From sequence record DRR723986_7372: DNA of 43,865 bases; one strand, 5' to 3'. Below the pieces are notes generated by a model that had not been told where the DNA came from, made no database searches, and saw only the letters and a program-made list of their open reading frames with translations. Position numbers and translations under genes: made by a program. This document shows, one piece after another, positions 1-9,439 of the stretch; positions within the stretch are counted from its first letter, which is position 1; the number at the start of each line of letters is the position of its first letter.

Positions 1-232
1 TACTTTGGCTGGCCTGCTGTTTTCTTTCCAGGTTTTCCATGTAACCCAGCAAGGTACCCAAGGCGTCCATTGCATATGGGTTTCTGCTTTGCCGCACTGC
101 GTTCAATACCACTGCCAAAGCGTCATCAAGGTTGACATCGCTCTCCTGCAATGGAGCTGCCATTTGAAGCTCAACAGTTTCCGGAAAGCGGAAGTCGTGT
201 TTGGGTGTGGCATCTAGTTGTATGGCTTGCAT
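1..232 (-). CDS. Partial hypothetical protein (5' part; runs off the left edge)
   Basis: Manual translation from the ATG at 232 (MQAIQLDATPKHDFRFPETVELQMAAPLQESDVNLDDALAVVLNAVRQSRNPYAMDALGTLLGYMENLERKQQASQS...) is open to position 1. It is not in the ORF track. In-frame GTG starts at 271/289 are also possible. Confidence 0.5.
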   Translation of the reverse strand, partial: MQAIQLDATPKHDFRFPETVELQMAAPLQESDVNLDDALAVVLNAVRQSRNPYAMDALGTLLGYMENLERKQQASQS

Positions 233-410
233 GGTGGTGAACCCGAAGATGAATTGCTTCAAGAATCTCACCTTTGCCTGTGTGCCCACTTCCTGAATAA
301 AGCGATTTTTTTGATCCAGTTCAGCGTATCCCTGAAATGGACTCCACCGATCGGGCGATCATTTTTCGGGCAACTCATTCGTTAAGAAGCAGACGAAGAG
401 GAGTCTGCCC

Positions 411-1496
411 ATGTTGATCAATATCTCAGATGCCAAGGTGGTACAACCGTTGTTGCAACGGAAGTCGCTGTCACCCGAGCATTTGTATCTTTATTCCGGC
501 AAGCATTACAACCCGGCCACACGATTGGCAGGTGAAAGCCTGGTTGCCTTGGAAACCGAACTGACTCAATCCACATTGCTGTACCTCCAGGCGCAGGACT
601 TGTTTGAAGAGCTGGACTGTTGTTACAAGGTGCTGTCCAAAGCCTTGGTGGATGAAGAACCAGAGACTTTTGTCCTGGTGATGGACGAACTCGCTGAGCG
701 GTTCAAGCACATCGCCATTCATCATTTTGACCTGGCTTATGCTTATCTCGCCTGGCACACGGCGGATGATTACCCAGTGATGCACCACATGTTGGTGGCT
801 TTGACCCTGTTTCGAGTGGGTTTGTGTAGCGACCGGTTTTCAGAGGCCGAGTTGACCTCACATTTGAAAGCTGCATTGACCATGAACATCAGCATGTTGA
901 CCTTGCAGGCGCGTTTGCGGGCTCAAACTGAACCGTTGTCACGAGATCAGCGGGAAACCATCCGCAAACATCCGGAGCAAAGCGCCAACAAGTTGAAGTT
1001 GCTGGGTGTCAAGGATGACATCTGGATTGAATCCGTACGCATGCATCATGAGCTGCCCGATGGTTCCGGTTATCCCAATCAGATACCGAACAACAATGTG
1101 GGCTCTGTGCTGTTGAGTGTGTGCGATTCCTTCAATGCAAGAATGGCCCAGCGTGATTACCGCAGCAACTTTACAGCGGAACAGGCCGTGAAAGACCTGT
1201 TCGCGCATGCAGATCATCTGTATAGCTGTTTCACGGCCATTATTCTTGAGGAGTTGGGAATATATCCGGCTGGCAGCCTGGTGCAACTGACTGGCAGTCA
1301 AATTGGTTGCAGCCTGATTCGGGGTGAGACCGCGATCAGCCCGGTGGTGTTGGTGTTTCGCAATTTGCCCAGCCCCGGACCGGGGGCCGCGTTGGTAGAC
1401 ACTTCAAGCGACGGCAATAAAGTGCGCAATGCTTTGCCCAGGCGCGACCTTGGCAAACTGCCCAGCCTGCTGGAGTTGCTGTCCAAGGTGGTTTAA
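411..1496 (+). CDS. HD-GYP domain protein with degenerate HD dyad
   Basis: HHELPDGSGYP motif, 'IRKHP', 'CDSFNA' and the 'LGIYPAGSLVQL' tail are present. The HD position reads AALTMNI. RBS GAGGAG upstream. Confidence 0.85.
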   Translation: MLINISDAKVVQPLLQRKSLSPEHLYLYSGKHYNPATRLAGESLVALETELTQSTLLYLQAQDLFEELDCCYKVLSKALVDEEPETFVLVMDELAERFKHIAIHHFDLAYAYLAWHTADDYPVMHHMLVALTLFRVGLCSDRFSEAELTSHLKAALTMNISMLTLQARLRAQTEPLSRDQRETIRKHPEQSANKLKLLGVKDDIWIESVRMHHELPDGSGYPNQIPNNNVGSVLLSVCDSFNARMAQRDYRSNFTAEQAVKDLFAHADHLYSCFTAIILEELGIYPAGSLVQLTGSQIGCSLIRGETAISPVVLVFRNLPSPGPGAALVDTSSDGNKVRNALPRRDLGKLPSLLELLSKVV

Positions 1497-2476
1497 ATAC
1501 GTCCGTGATCCGGCAACTGCAGACTGGCGACGGTTTGGTTGCCCACGCGGTTCAGCATGAGGATCATGTGATGTCGAGAGGCAATACGCTCGGCTGTGGC
1601 CAGACCAATGCCTTCTCCTTCAAATTCATCATTGCCGTGCATGCGGTGAAACAGTTGAAATTTCTGGGCGTCGTGTGTGTCCGAGAAGCCCACGCCGTTG
1701 TCGATAATCTCAAGGTTGCTCGGGCTGCTTTGCCGAATGATGATTTTTGGAGAGTCGACCGGCTTGGAGAATTTCACCGCGTTGTCGATCAGTTCTTTGA
1801 ATGCTTTCATCATCAGGGGCCTGTCAAAGCGCCATTTGCCCTGAACCTGAATTTCAATCGGCACCGGTGAAAAGTCAAAGTGCTCGTTGACCACCTGCAC
1901 CAGTGTGTCGTGCAGGTCATGAAGTTGAACATTCAATGGACATACGCCAAGGCGCAAGTATTCAATCAGAGCGTCCAGTAACACACCCATTCGCTTGCCG
2001 TTCCGGCGAATTTCTTCCAGGGATTTGCTCGCCTCAGGTGGCGCGTTCTCGCCAAGATCGTCAGCCAGGAAAAAGGAATAGGCGTCAATGGCGCGAAGCG
2101 GTGCCCGAAAGTCGTGGGCAATGGTGCCAGACAACCAGTTCAACTGGCTGAGCAAATCATTGTTCTCTTTCAGTTGCCGCTGGGTTTCAATGTCGACACT
2201 AAGATTGAGCTGCCCCAGCGTTTCTTTCAAGCTGTCAATTTCAGACTGTCGTGCGGCCAACGCCTGTTCATGCGAATTCCGGGTTTCTCTTAGCAGTTCG
2301 TTCGCAAGGGCCTGCTGGCGTTTCATTTCGCTGCGAAGTTTGCTGGACAATAATTCCAGCGCGGCCTGTTTGCTGCGCAGGTCGTTGAGTTCAAGTTGTT
2401 GGCTTGCTACCTGCTCGGGTGTCAGCAGCCGTTGGCCGGTAACAAAAGACAGCAGTTTGAGCAACAGGCGCAGCAC
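1493..2476 (-). CDS. Sensor histidine kinase (HisKA + HATPase) with coiled-coil N-terminus
   Basis: H-box AHDFRAPLRAI, N-box ELIDNAVKF, G1 DNGVGF, F-box FQLFHRMH, G2 GEGIGLA. Confidence 0.88.
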   Translation of the reverse strand: MLRLLLKLLSFVTGQRLLTPEQVASQQLELNDLRSKQAALELLSSKLRSEMKRQQALANELLRETRNSHEQALAARQSEIDSLKETLGQLNLSVDIETQRQLKENNDLLSQLNWLSGTIAHDFRAPLRAIDAYSFFLADDLGENAPPEASKSLEEIRRNGKRMGVLLDALIEYLRLGVCPLNVQLHDLHDTLVQVVNEHFDFSPVPIEIQVQGKWRFDRPLMMKAFKELIDNAVKFSKPVDSPKIIIRQSSPSNLEIIDNGVGFSDTHDAQKFQLFHRMHGNDEFEGEGIGLATAERIASRHHMILMLNRVGNQTVASLQLPDHGRI

Positions 2477-2484
2477 GTGGAAAA

Positions 2485-2790
2485 TTAGTTGGTCTTGATG
2501 GTTGAAACTTGAGACACAGGCGCTTTTTGGTCTTTGGAACCGATTGAATCGGTGTAAGCCCTGTAGGCTTTGCCCGCCGATTCCGCCCTGTAGGCTTCAA
2601 CTTCCCCCCGATTGATGCCCTCGGCCTGCTCTTTGAGCCAAGTGCGTGTACTCAAGCCGGTTTCGGCATCGGTGGTGCCGGAAAACTGTGTTGAGGCCTG
2701 ATTTGTAGTGGCTGTGTTGTCTTGTGCGCCGACCAGCATGGGGAATGCACCTAACATCGCTGCCAATATCCAGGTAGTGCGTGAGTTCAT
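2485..2790 (-). CDS. DUF3613-like secreted protein of tad clusters
   Basis: Signal peptide; 'TRTWLKEQAEG...AYRAYTDS' pattern; lies after tadD as in other proteobacterial tad loci. Confidence 0.7.
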   Translation of the reverse strand: MNSRTTWILAAMLGAFPMLVGAQDNTATTNQASTQFSGTTDAETGLSTRTWLKEQAEGINRGEVEAYRAESAGKAYRAYTDSIGSKDQKAPVSQVSTIKTN

Positions 2791-3623
2791 TGGGAGTTTC
2801 CTTTGGCGTCAAAACGCCGTTTGATGGAATTGGCTTGCGACATCACCTGATTGCGGGTGTTGTCTGACCATTGCAGACGGTCTGCGATGTCCATGGCCAT
2901 GTTGAAATCATCAAAGACCAAACCCCACAATGCGAGGTTGGCCATGATCTTCGAGTCGCCGCTGGCCAGTTGATTGGCTTTCATCAGTGTGTTGTAGGAG
3001 GGCTCTTTTTGGCCTTCCAACAGATAAACCAATCCGAGGTCAGAATAGGCATTGATATTCAACGGGTCGACTTGAATGGATTTTTCCAGTCGGGTTGCTG
3101 CGGTTTTCAAATCGCCTCGTTCAATCGCTACCTTGCCCAAACCGTACCAAACCGGCCCGCTTTTTTGTTGGCCTTGGCCACTGAGCAAGGATTTGTAGAC
3201 CAACTCGGCCTGGTCCAACTGACTGGTTTTTCGCAATGAATCGGCGCGCAGTTGTTTGCTTTGGCGATCGGATCCCCACTTTTGATCGTAGGCATCCAGA
3301 TGGGCCAAGGCGGCATATGCGTTGTCTTGTTCAATCATGGTTTGAACAAGTTTGAGATGCAGGTTCTTCTCACGTTCTGCACGGGCTTTTCGGGCTTCCT
3401 CGTCCTCTCGTTCAAGCTCTTGGCGTTCGGCCTGGATAAGTGCGTCTTGTGTAGGACTTGTGGCACTGATGTTGGGTGCACTTGGGGTCACTGTGGGCTC
3501 AGGTGCCGGGGCAGGCGCGTTGGGTGCCCGTTGTGGTGTCGCACATGCGGCCAGAATTACGGGCAAGGCCAGTGTGGCCAGTTGCCGACCGAATTGTCCT
3601 GAAATCAAACGACTGCTCAACAC
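2787..3623 (-). CDS. tadD: TadD-like TPR lipoprotein (pilotin)
   Basis: Lipobox LAAC, Pro/Ala linker, TPR repeats (AYSDLGLVYLLEG), 'AYAALAHLDAY'; tad context. Confidence 0.8.
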   Translation of the reverse strand: MLSSRLISGQFGRQLATLALPVILAACATPQRAPNAPAPAPEPTVTPSAPNISATSPTQDALIQAERQELEREDEEARKARAEREKNLHLKLVQTMIEQDNAYAALAHLDAYDQKWGSDRQSKQLRADSLRKTSQLDQAELVYKSLLSGQGQQKSGPVWYGLGKVAIERGDLKTAATRLEKSIQVDPLNINAYSDLGLVYLLEGQKEPSYNTLMKANQLASGDSKIMANLALWGLVFDDFNMAMDIADRLQWSDNTRNQVMSQANSIKRRFDAKGNSQ

Positions 3624-3626
3624 GCT

Positions 3627-4580
3627 TTAACCTCCAACCCGTTCAAATGCACGAATAATGGAGATGATACCGGGACCACCGGTCATGATCAGCAAGGCCG
3701 GCAGCATGGTAATCACCATCACACCGGTCAGTTTAACAGTCAGTTTGCCCATTATTTCTTTGGCGTTGGCTCTTTCTTTTTCGACAAGGCGATCCGAGAA
3801 CTGCTTCAGAGGTTCCTGAACAGCACCACCGAACTTTTCAATTTGCTCCAGAACCTGCACGAATGATTTGAATTCGTCGCTCGAATACATGTTGCTCATT
3901 CGTTTCAACATGACAATCCAGGGCACACCAGACTTCACTTGGGCTCGAGACCGGCGCAACATACGGCCTGTGATGGGTACAAGGTCGTACAGCTGTGAGG
4001 TCATGACCTCGATGGATTGATCCACGCTAAGACCCACGCCTTGTAATAGACGCATCACATCCACCACAGCCACCAGTTCTCGCTCGAAAGCCGCTTCACG
4101 GCCTTCTCCAACTGCTTTGAGGTACCACTTGGGTCCCATAAAACCGATGCCGGTCACTGCGATGACCTGAATCATGGAAATGGGACCAAAGCCTGCATCC
4201 CAATTCAGGAAAAGTCCAATCGCCAAACCAAGAAGTCCCAGCGCAATACGCATCAGCACAAATCGGCTCAGGTCTTCTTCGCGGCCAAAGCCTGCGCGCC
4301 CCAACAGCTTTTTGTCCTCTTCTTCGACAAAATAGGTGAATGCCTTGGTTTTGCTGAATTGTTGACCCAGGCGCTCGATGCGCCCCGTGAGTGCACTGGT
4401 CGGTACCTGATTGCGAATTGCAGCCGAACTTTGAACCCGACGGCGCAATTCGGTGTACTCATCAATTCGGGCCAACGCCTTTTCTTTGCGACTGGATTGG
4501 CTCAAAAGACTCCAGGCCAAGCCAACAAAACCCAAGCCCAGCAGAAAGATGCCAATTGCCAGTAATGTGTTCATGTCCAT
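3627..4580 (-). CDS. tadC: Tad inner-membrane platform protein TadC (T2SSF family)
   Basis: TM segments, 'GVGLSVDQS' and 'KLTVKLTGVMVITMLPALL'. Start moved to the ATG at 4580 (MDMNTLL) to avoid overlapping tadB. Confidence 0.85.
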   Translation of the reverse strand: MDMNTLLAIGIFLLGLGFVGLAWSLLSQSSRKEKALARIDEYTELRRRVQSSAAIRNQVPTSALTGRIERLGQQFSKTKAFTYFVEEEDKKLLGRAGFGREEDLSRFVLMRIALGLLGLAIGLFLNWDAGFGPISMIQVIAVTGIGFMGPKWYLKAVGEGREAAFERELVAVVDVMRLLQGVGLSVDQSIEVMTSQLYDLVPITGRMLRRSRAQVKSGVPWIVMLKRMSNMYSSDEFKSFVQVLEQIEKFGGAVQEPLKQFSDRLVEKERANAKEIMGKLTVKLTGVMVITMLPALLIMTGGPGIISIIRAFERVGG

Positions 4581-4590
4581 GTGGGCGCCC

Positions 4591-5499
4591 TCAGATGCTC
4601 TTGACCATGCGATAGATGATCGCAGCGCCAGCGATTTGCAATATCCCGGCGACGAACAGCAGCATGCGACCTGTGTCGTCATTCCACATCGTGCCCAGGT
4701 AGGCCGGGTTCAGCGTCAGAATAATGCCGGCCAAAGCAGGCGTCAGGCAGCACATGAACACCGCAGACATTCGAGCCTCCGACGACATAGCCAGCATTTC
4801 CTGATGGTGTTGTTCGCGGTCACGCAGGTATTGCGCCAGGCGGCCCAGCAAAATATCGCTTTTGCCACCGTAGTTCAACGCCAGTGCAACAACGGAGGCA
4901 ATCAGCTTGAATTCGCTCAAACCATAAACGCGCGCCAGGCGGTGCATCGCTTGGTCAAGTTCCAGGCCGGCATACTGCATTTGAACAGCAAGGCCCAGGG
5001 CTTCTTTCAGGGGTTGCTCGGCATTTTCAAGGGCGGTGTTGAATGACACGGTCAGGCTGTAACCCACTGCGCTGACCCTGACTACACCGTCCAGAAAGTT
5101 GGGCAGCTGACTCAACATTTGCAGTCTGCGTTTGCGCTGGCGATACAGCACGTAGGCCGCAACGCCCAGAATGGCGAGAATCAGCGCGCCAGTTGCGCTT
5201 GCCGCACCCCGGAAAACGAAGGCAGCCAGCGCGGGTATCAGTGTAACCATCGCCACGCGAATACCCAGTGTCCGATCAATGGTGAGACCTGCAGAAATCA
5301 GGCTGTCTGTGATCCATTGCGGAATGTATTTTTTGCGCAGGGGGTCTTTTTCCAGCGCCAATGGATCGCGGGACTTGCTCAGGGCTACATCCAGTCGGCT
5401 TTCTGCCAGTTTGCGGTTTTGTTCTTCAGCACCGCGGCCCAGCAACAGCAGGGCCAGAGAGATGAATACCAAGGCAGCAGCGATCAGTCCGAATGTCAT
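4591..5499 (-). CDS. tadB: Tad inner-membrane platform protein TadB
   Basis: 'QLPNFLDGVVR..VGYSL', 'YGGKSD..L', 'SSEARMSA', 'NPAYLGTMW.DDTGR'. Confidence 0.88.
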   Translation of the reverse strand: MTFGLIAAALVFISLALLLLGRGAEEQNRKLAESRLDVALSKSRDPLALEKDPLRKKYIPQWITDSLISAGLTIDRTLGIRVAMVTLIPALAAFVFRGAASATGALILAILGVAAYVLYRQRKRRLQMLSQLPNFLDGVVRVSAVGYSLTVSFNTALENAEQPLKEALGLAVQMQYAGLELDQAMHRLARVYGLSEFKLIASVVALALNYGGKSDILLGRLAQYLRDREQHHQEMLAMSSEARMSAVFMCCLTPALAGIILTLNPAYLGTMWNDDTGRMLLFVAGILQIAGAAIIYRMVKSI

Positions 5500-6869
5500 G
5501 TCAGGCGAATGTGCGAGATTTTCGGGTTTTTGGGGTAGGGCACCACGGGTACCCAGTTGTCCAGTTCCTGGCCATCGGGTCCGAGTCGGCTTTCATGGCG
5601 GTACAGGTCTTGAAGCAAAATATTGTCATCCACAATGCCAGCCACTTCCGTAATGCTGTAAATGCGGCGTTTGCCCGAGGGCAAGCGAACAATCTGAACA
5701 ATCAGATCAAGTGCCGAAGCAATTTGCCTGCGCAAACTCATTTCATTGCCTGTAAAGCCCGCAAAGCCGGACAACATTTCAAGCCTGTGCAAACAATCGC
5801 GAGGTGTTGAGGCGTGAATGGTGCCCATGGAGCCATCGTGGCCCGTGCTCATGGCCTGCAACATGTCGAGTACTTCAGCGCCGCGCACCTCTCCCACTAC
5901 CACGCGGTCAGGGCGCATGCGCAAGCTGTTCTTGACCAGGTCGCGAATTGAAATCGCGCCGGCACCTTCGTGCCCACCCGGACGGCTTTCCAGGCGAACC
6001 ACATGGTGGTGGTTCAACTGCAATTCAGCGGTGTCTTCAATCGTAATCAAACGCTCGCCGGGTGGAATAAATTCCGCGAGTACGTTCAACATGGAAGTCT
6101 TGCCTGTGGACGTAGCACCACTGACCACCAGGTTGCAGCGTTTGCGAACAGCCTCTTGCATCAGTTCATAGACGCGCGAATCGAAAGTGCCCAAACCCAT
6201 CAGGTCTTCTGCGCGCAGTGGCGTGCTTCTGAATTTACGAATGGACACCACCACGCCATCGCGAGCCAGTGGGGAAATGATGACGTTGATCCGGCTTCCA
6301 TCGGGCAGACGGGCGTCTACCATGGGGCTGGATTCGTCGAGCCGGCGGCCCAGCGGTGCCAGAATGCGTCGAACAATTCTCAAAAGGTGAGCATTGTCGA
6401 CAAAGCGGGCCTGCACACGTTCCATGCGACCCATTTTGGACACATACACGTCCTTGTAGCCGTTGATCATCACGTCTTCAACGTTGGGGTCTGCCAGCAG
6501 GTCTTCCAATGGACCAAAGCCCGCAATTTCTTTGTACAGCGAGTCGGCGACGAAGGCCACTTCAGAATCGTTCAGCGGGATCTGCTTGCCATAAATCAGG
6601 CTTTGCACTTCACCTTGAATGAATTTTTCAAGGGCGCTGTTATCCATTTTGGCAAAGGTGGCGCCTTTCTTTTCGATGATGGCCAAAATGTGTTCATGGG
6701 CCATCTCCTTCACGTCCGCGAGCACGGCAGAGTCCATGTCGCTGACTTTGGTTGTCGCAAACTGCACGTCTTCAAGGGCGTTCGCAGTGTTGGACACGGA
6801 ACCGACCAGATGCTCGGGCTCCTTGGGCTTTGGGGGCGGCGCTTCCTGGCCGAAAATGATCTCACTCAT
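5496..6869 (-). CDS. cpaF: Tad pilus assembly ATPase CpaF/TadA
   Basis: GFGPLEDLLADP, Walker A GATSTGKT, TIEDTAEL, SLRMRPDRVVVGEVRG, STGHDGSMGTIHA. Confidence 0.96.
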   Translation of the reverse strand: MSEIIFGQEAPPPKPKEPEHLVGSVSNTANALEDVQFATTKVSDMDSAVLADVKEMAHEHILAIIEKKGATFAKMDNSALEKFIQGEVQSLIYGKQIPLNDSEVAFVADSLYKEIAGFGPLEDLLADPNVEDVMINGYKDVYVSKMGRMERVQARFVDNAHLLRIVRRILAPLGRRLDESSPMVDARLPDGSRINVIISPLARDGVVVSIRKFRSTPLRAEDLMGLGTFDSRVYELMQEAVRKRCNLVVSGATSTGKTSMLNVLAEFIPPGERLITIEDTAELQLNHHHVVRLESRPGGHEGAGAISIRDLVKNSLRMRPDRVVVGEVRGAEVLDMLQAMSTGHDGSMGTIHASTPRDCLHRLEMLSGFAGFTGNEMSLRRQIASALDLIVQIVRLPSGKRRIYSITEVAGIVDDNILLQDLYRHESRLGPDGQELDNWVPVVPYPKNPKISHIRLT

Positions 6870-8065
6870 TTGTTAAACCATTTTTTGAAGGTGCTGGCGA
6901 GGCTGCCCTGGCCGTCTTGGTGTTTGCGGTTGGCATTCACTTTGTCGAGCAACTGGGCAACTGCTTTGGCATACGGGTCTTTTGAATCGGCTGCAGACAA
7001 CACCTGGCCGCCATTGACCGCGTTGATCAACGGTGCGCGTCGGTCGGGCAGCGTGTGTACTGTTTCAATGTTCAGTTTCTTGGCAATCGAGTCTGCGTCC
7101 AATGCCACATCTTTGTGATAGGGCGTCACCACCAAATCAAATGTCTGAGTAGCAATGCCTTTGTCATTCAGGCTTTTAATCAACTCGGCAGCAGTCACGA
7201 TACCTGGCACCGATTGGGGTGTGAGTACCATTGTCGCGTCTGCGCTTCGCAGCAGGCTGGCCACAAATTCAATGTTCGAAAACCCGCACAAATCAATCAC
7301 GATATTCTCGAAAAATGATTTGATCAGATTCAAGAATTTCAACGCATCGGAGGCGGAAATGTCCCGAAGGTCCGCCAGGTTTCGCGGCAGTGAAAGTATC
7401 GCCACGCCAGTGGCATTGTTGCGGCGAAAGGCGGTTTTTGCCAAGGTGGCGTCAAAGCGTTTCAGGTTTCGCACGCATTCTACAAAGTCCATGGCGCCCT
7501 GTTTGTCTTCCGCAGGAAGGTGCACCAGGCCATCGCCCAGGGGCAGGCCAAAGTCAAGCAGCAAGGTGCTGTCTTTGTTGTGCTTGGCCAGTTGCACGGC
7601 CAGGTTGACGGCCAGAGTGGTGGAGCCCACGCCTTGCCGTCCACCCAGCACTACCAAGGCGTAGCCCTTGCGTTCATTGCTTTGTTTGGGCGCTTTTTCA
7701 ACCACGCCTGTCAGAATTTTTGTAACTTCGCCTGCGCTGGAATCCAGGCTTAAAAAGTCTTTTACACCCGAGCGCAAGGCATTGACCACGTCTTCCGTGG
7801 AGTCTTTCGAACCCATGGCCACCACGGGCAAGTCGGGTGCCAGTTCGCGCAATTCTTTGACGATCAGGCTGGCGTCCAGGCCCACTTGAGGCGAGTAATC
7901 CACCACCGCCATGCTTGGCGATACCAGGCCAACACGTTTGGTAATTTCACTGAAGGTGCCTGATTCACGCACCAACATGAAACGGTCACCCACCGCGTCA
8001 GACAGCCATAGCCAGTTGGCGTCCGACCCACTGATAAACAATATTCGGGGCATGCTTTGTTGCAT
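6866..8065 (-). CDS. cpaE: CpaE/TadZ pilus localisation protein (receiver-like + MinD-like ATPase)
   Basis: N-terminal receiver-like region ('ALRSGVKDFL'), deviant Walker A GGRQGVGSTT; lies between cpaC and cpaF. Confidence 0.85.
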   Translation of the reverse strand: MQQSMPRILFISGSDANWLWLSDAVGDRFMLVRESGTFSEITKRVGLVSPSMAVVDYSPQVGLDASLIVKELRELAPDLPVVAMGSKDSTEDVVNALRSGVKDFLSLDSSAGEVTKILTGVVEKAPKQSNERKGYALVVLGGRQGVGSTTLAVNLAVQLAKHNKDSTLLLDFGLPLGDGLVHLPAEDKQGAMDFVECVRNLKRFDATLAKTAFRRNNATGVAILSLPRNLADLRDISASDALKFLNLIKSFFENIVIDLCGFSNIEFVASLLRSADATMVLTPQSVPGIVTAAELIKSLNDKGIATQTFDLVVTPYHKDVALDADSIAKKLNIETVHTLPDRRAPLINAVNGGQVLSAADSKDPYAKAVAQLLDKVNANRKHQDGQGSLASTFKKWFNK

Positions 8066-8077
8066 CGCTAATTCCCC

Positions 8078-9439
8078 TTAATTGGTGGTGAAGCCAGGAA
8101 CAGGCTCTTTGGCGGAAGGCAGGAAGAGTTGGCCCCACACGCTGCGCGGGCGCATGCCTACGTTTTGACCAGGAAGGGCCAAAGCGGGTGCGTCTGCTGC
8201 ACGGGGTTTTACAAATCGCGGTGTCACAATAATCAGCAATTCCTTGTCTTCCCGGCTGTAGGTGTTGCCTTTGAAGAAGGCACCCAGAATCGGAATTTCA
8301 GACAACCAGGGCACACGGTTGGCGTTTGCAATAATGTTTCGGCTGATCAAGCCGCCGATGACAAAGCTTTGGTTTTCGCCCAGCTCAACCGTGGTGCTGG
8401 CGCGTCGGGTCAAAATGGCGGGAACCAATACACCTTGAATGGAGGTGCCGCGGGAGAAGTCAAGATCACTGACTTCGGGTGACACTTTTAAGGCGATTGT
8501 TTTGTTCGACAAAATAGTTGGAGTGAAACTCAAACCCACACCAAACTTTTTGTATTCAATGCCAATGGTGCCGTTGCCGGAGGGCACAGGAATCGGAATT
8601 TCTCCACCCGCCAGAAACGATGCATCTTGACCCGATTGGGCAATCAATGAAGGTTCGGCGAGAACTTTGGCATAGCCGTCGGCTTGGAGGATATTCAAAT
8701 TCGCGGTGAGGTCTCCAGCTCGGTTACCTAAAGTGAGGCCAAAGGCATTTGCAACGGAATTGCTCGCCGATGCGACCGGGTTTGAAATTGCGTAACTGAA
8801 TCCGCCGTTGTTGAACTCTCCGGCAAGGTTAATGCCTAGCCGTTGCAATTCACTGCGTGTGAATTCAACTACTTTCACATCGACCTGCACGGTGCCTGAT
8901 GTCTGGATTGTAGCCTGGTCAATCAGTTCAGCAGGCTTTCCATCACTGCCGGGTTTAATGAGACTTTCCCTCGCTTGCTGATAGGTGCTTACATTGGGCG
9001 TGGAGCCTGACAGTTTCAACACCTGTCCTTCGGTTTCAAGGTTCAAGTCTTTCAAGTTGGAGATCGTCTCAGCGGCTTTGCCAGTGACAGCCACAGTGAT
9101 CACCCGGGCCATGCTGGCACCACGGTCCCAAATCAACAGGGATGTCGAACCGGTTTTCAAACCGGTGACCAATACGCCAGCATTTTTGCCACCGCGGTCG
9201 GTGGGTTTAAGCACCGTCACAGAAGCAATCGTAGGGTCGCCAATCGATACCCGTGCCGGAATGCCAGGCAGGCTGATGACTTTCTGAAAGCCAGTGCTCA
9301 AAGTGAGCACAAAAGGTGCTGCGCTGCTAGGTGCTGCGGGGGTTTGTCCCACAGCCACCTGAGGGCTGATCAGCCCAGCGCAGGCCACCAATGAAATTGC
9401 TGCGACCACGCTTTTCAAAGTGATGTTGTTCTTGTTCAT
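8078..9439 (-). CDS. cpaC: Secretin CpaC/RcpA
   Basis: Signal peptide; VLAEPSL, ASFLAGGEIPIP, EYKKFGVGLSFTP, VPWLSEIPILGAFF, ELLIIVTP. Confidence 0.95.
   Translation of the reverse strand: MNKNNITLKSVVAAISLVACAGLISPQVAVGQTPAAPSSAAPFVLTLSTGFQKVISLPGIPARVSIGDPTIASVTVLKPTDRGGKNAGVLVTGLKTGSTSLLIWDRGASMARVITVAVTGKAAETISNLKDLNLETEGQVLKLSGSTPNVSTYQQARESLIKPGSDGKPAELIDQATIQTSGTVQVDVKVVEFTRSELQRLGINLAGEFNNGGFSYAISNPVASASNSVANAFGLTLGNRAGDLTANLNILQADGYAKVLAEPSLIAQSGQDASFLAGGEIPIPVPSGNGTIGIEYKKFGVGLSFTPTILSNKTIALKVSPEVSDLDFSRGTSIQGVLVPAILTRRASTTVELGENQSFVIGGLISRNIIANANRVPWLSEIPILGAFFKGNTYSREDKELLIIVTPRFVKPRAADAPALALPGQNVGMRPRSVWGQLFLPSAKEPVPGFTTN

Noticed and set aside
5970-7118. 382-aa plus-strand ORF, and similarly 9505..10368
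   Set aside because: Antisense shadows of cpaF/cpaE and cpaB with no recognisable motifs.
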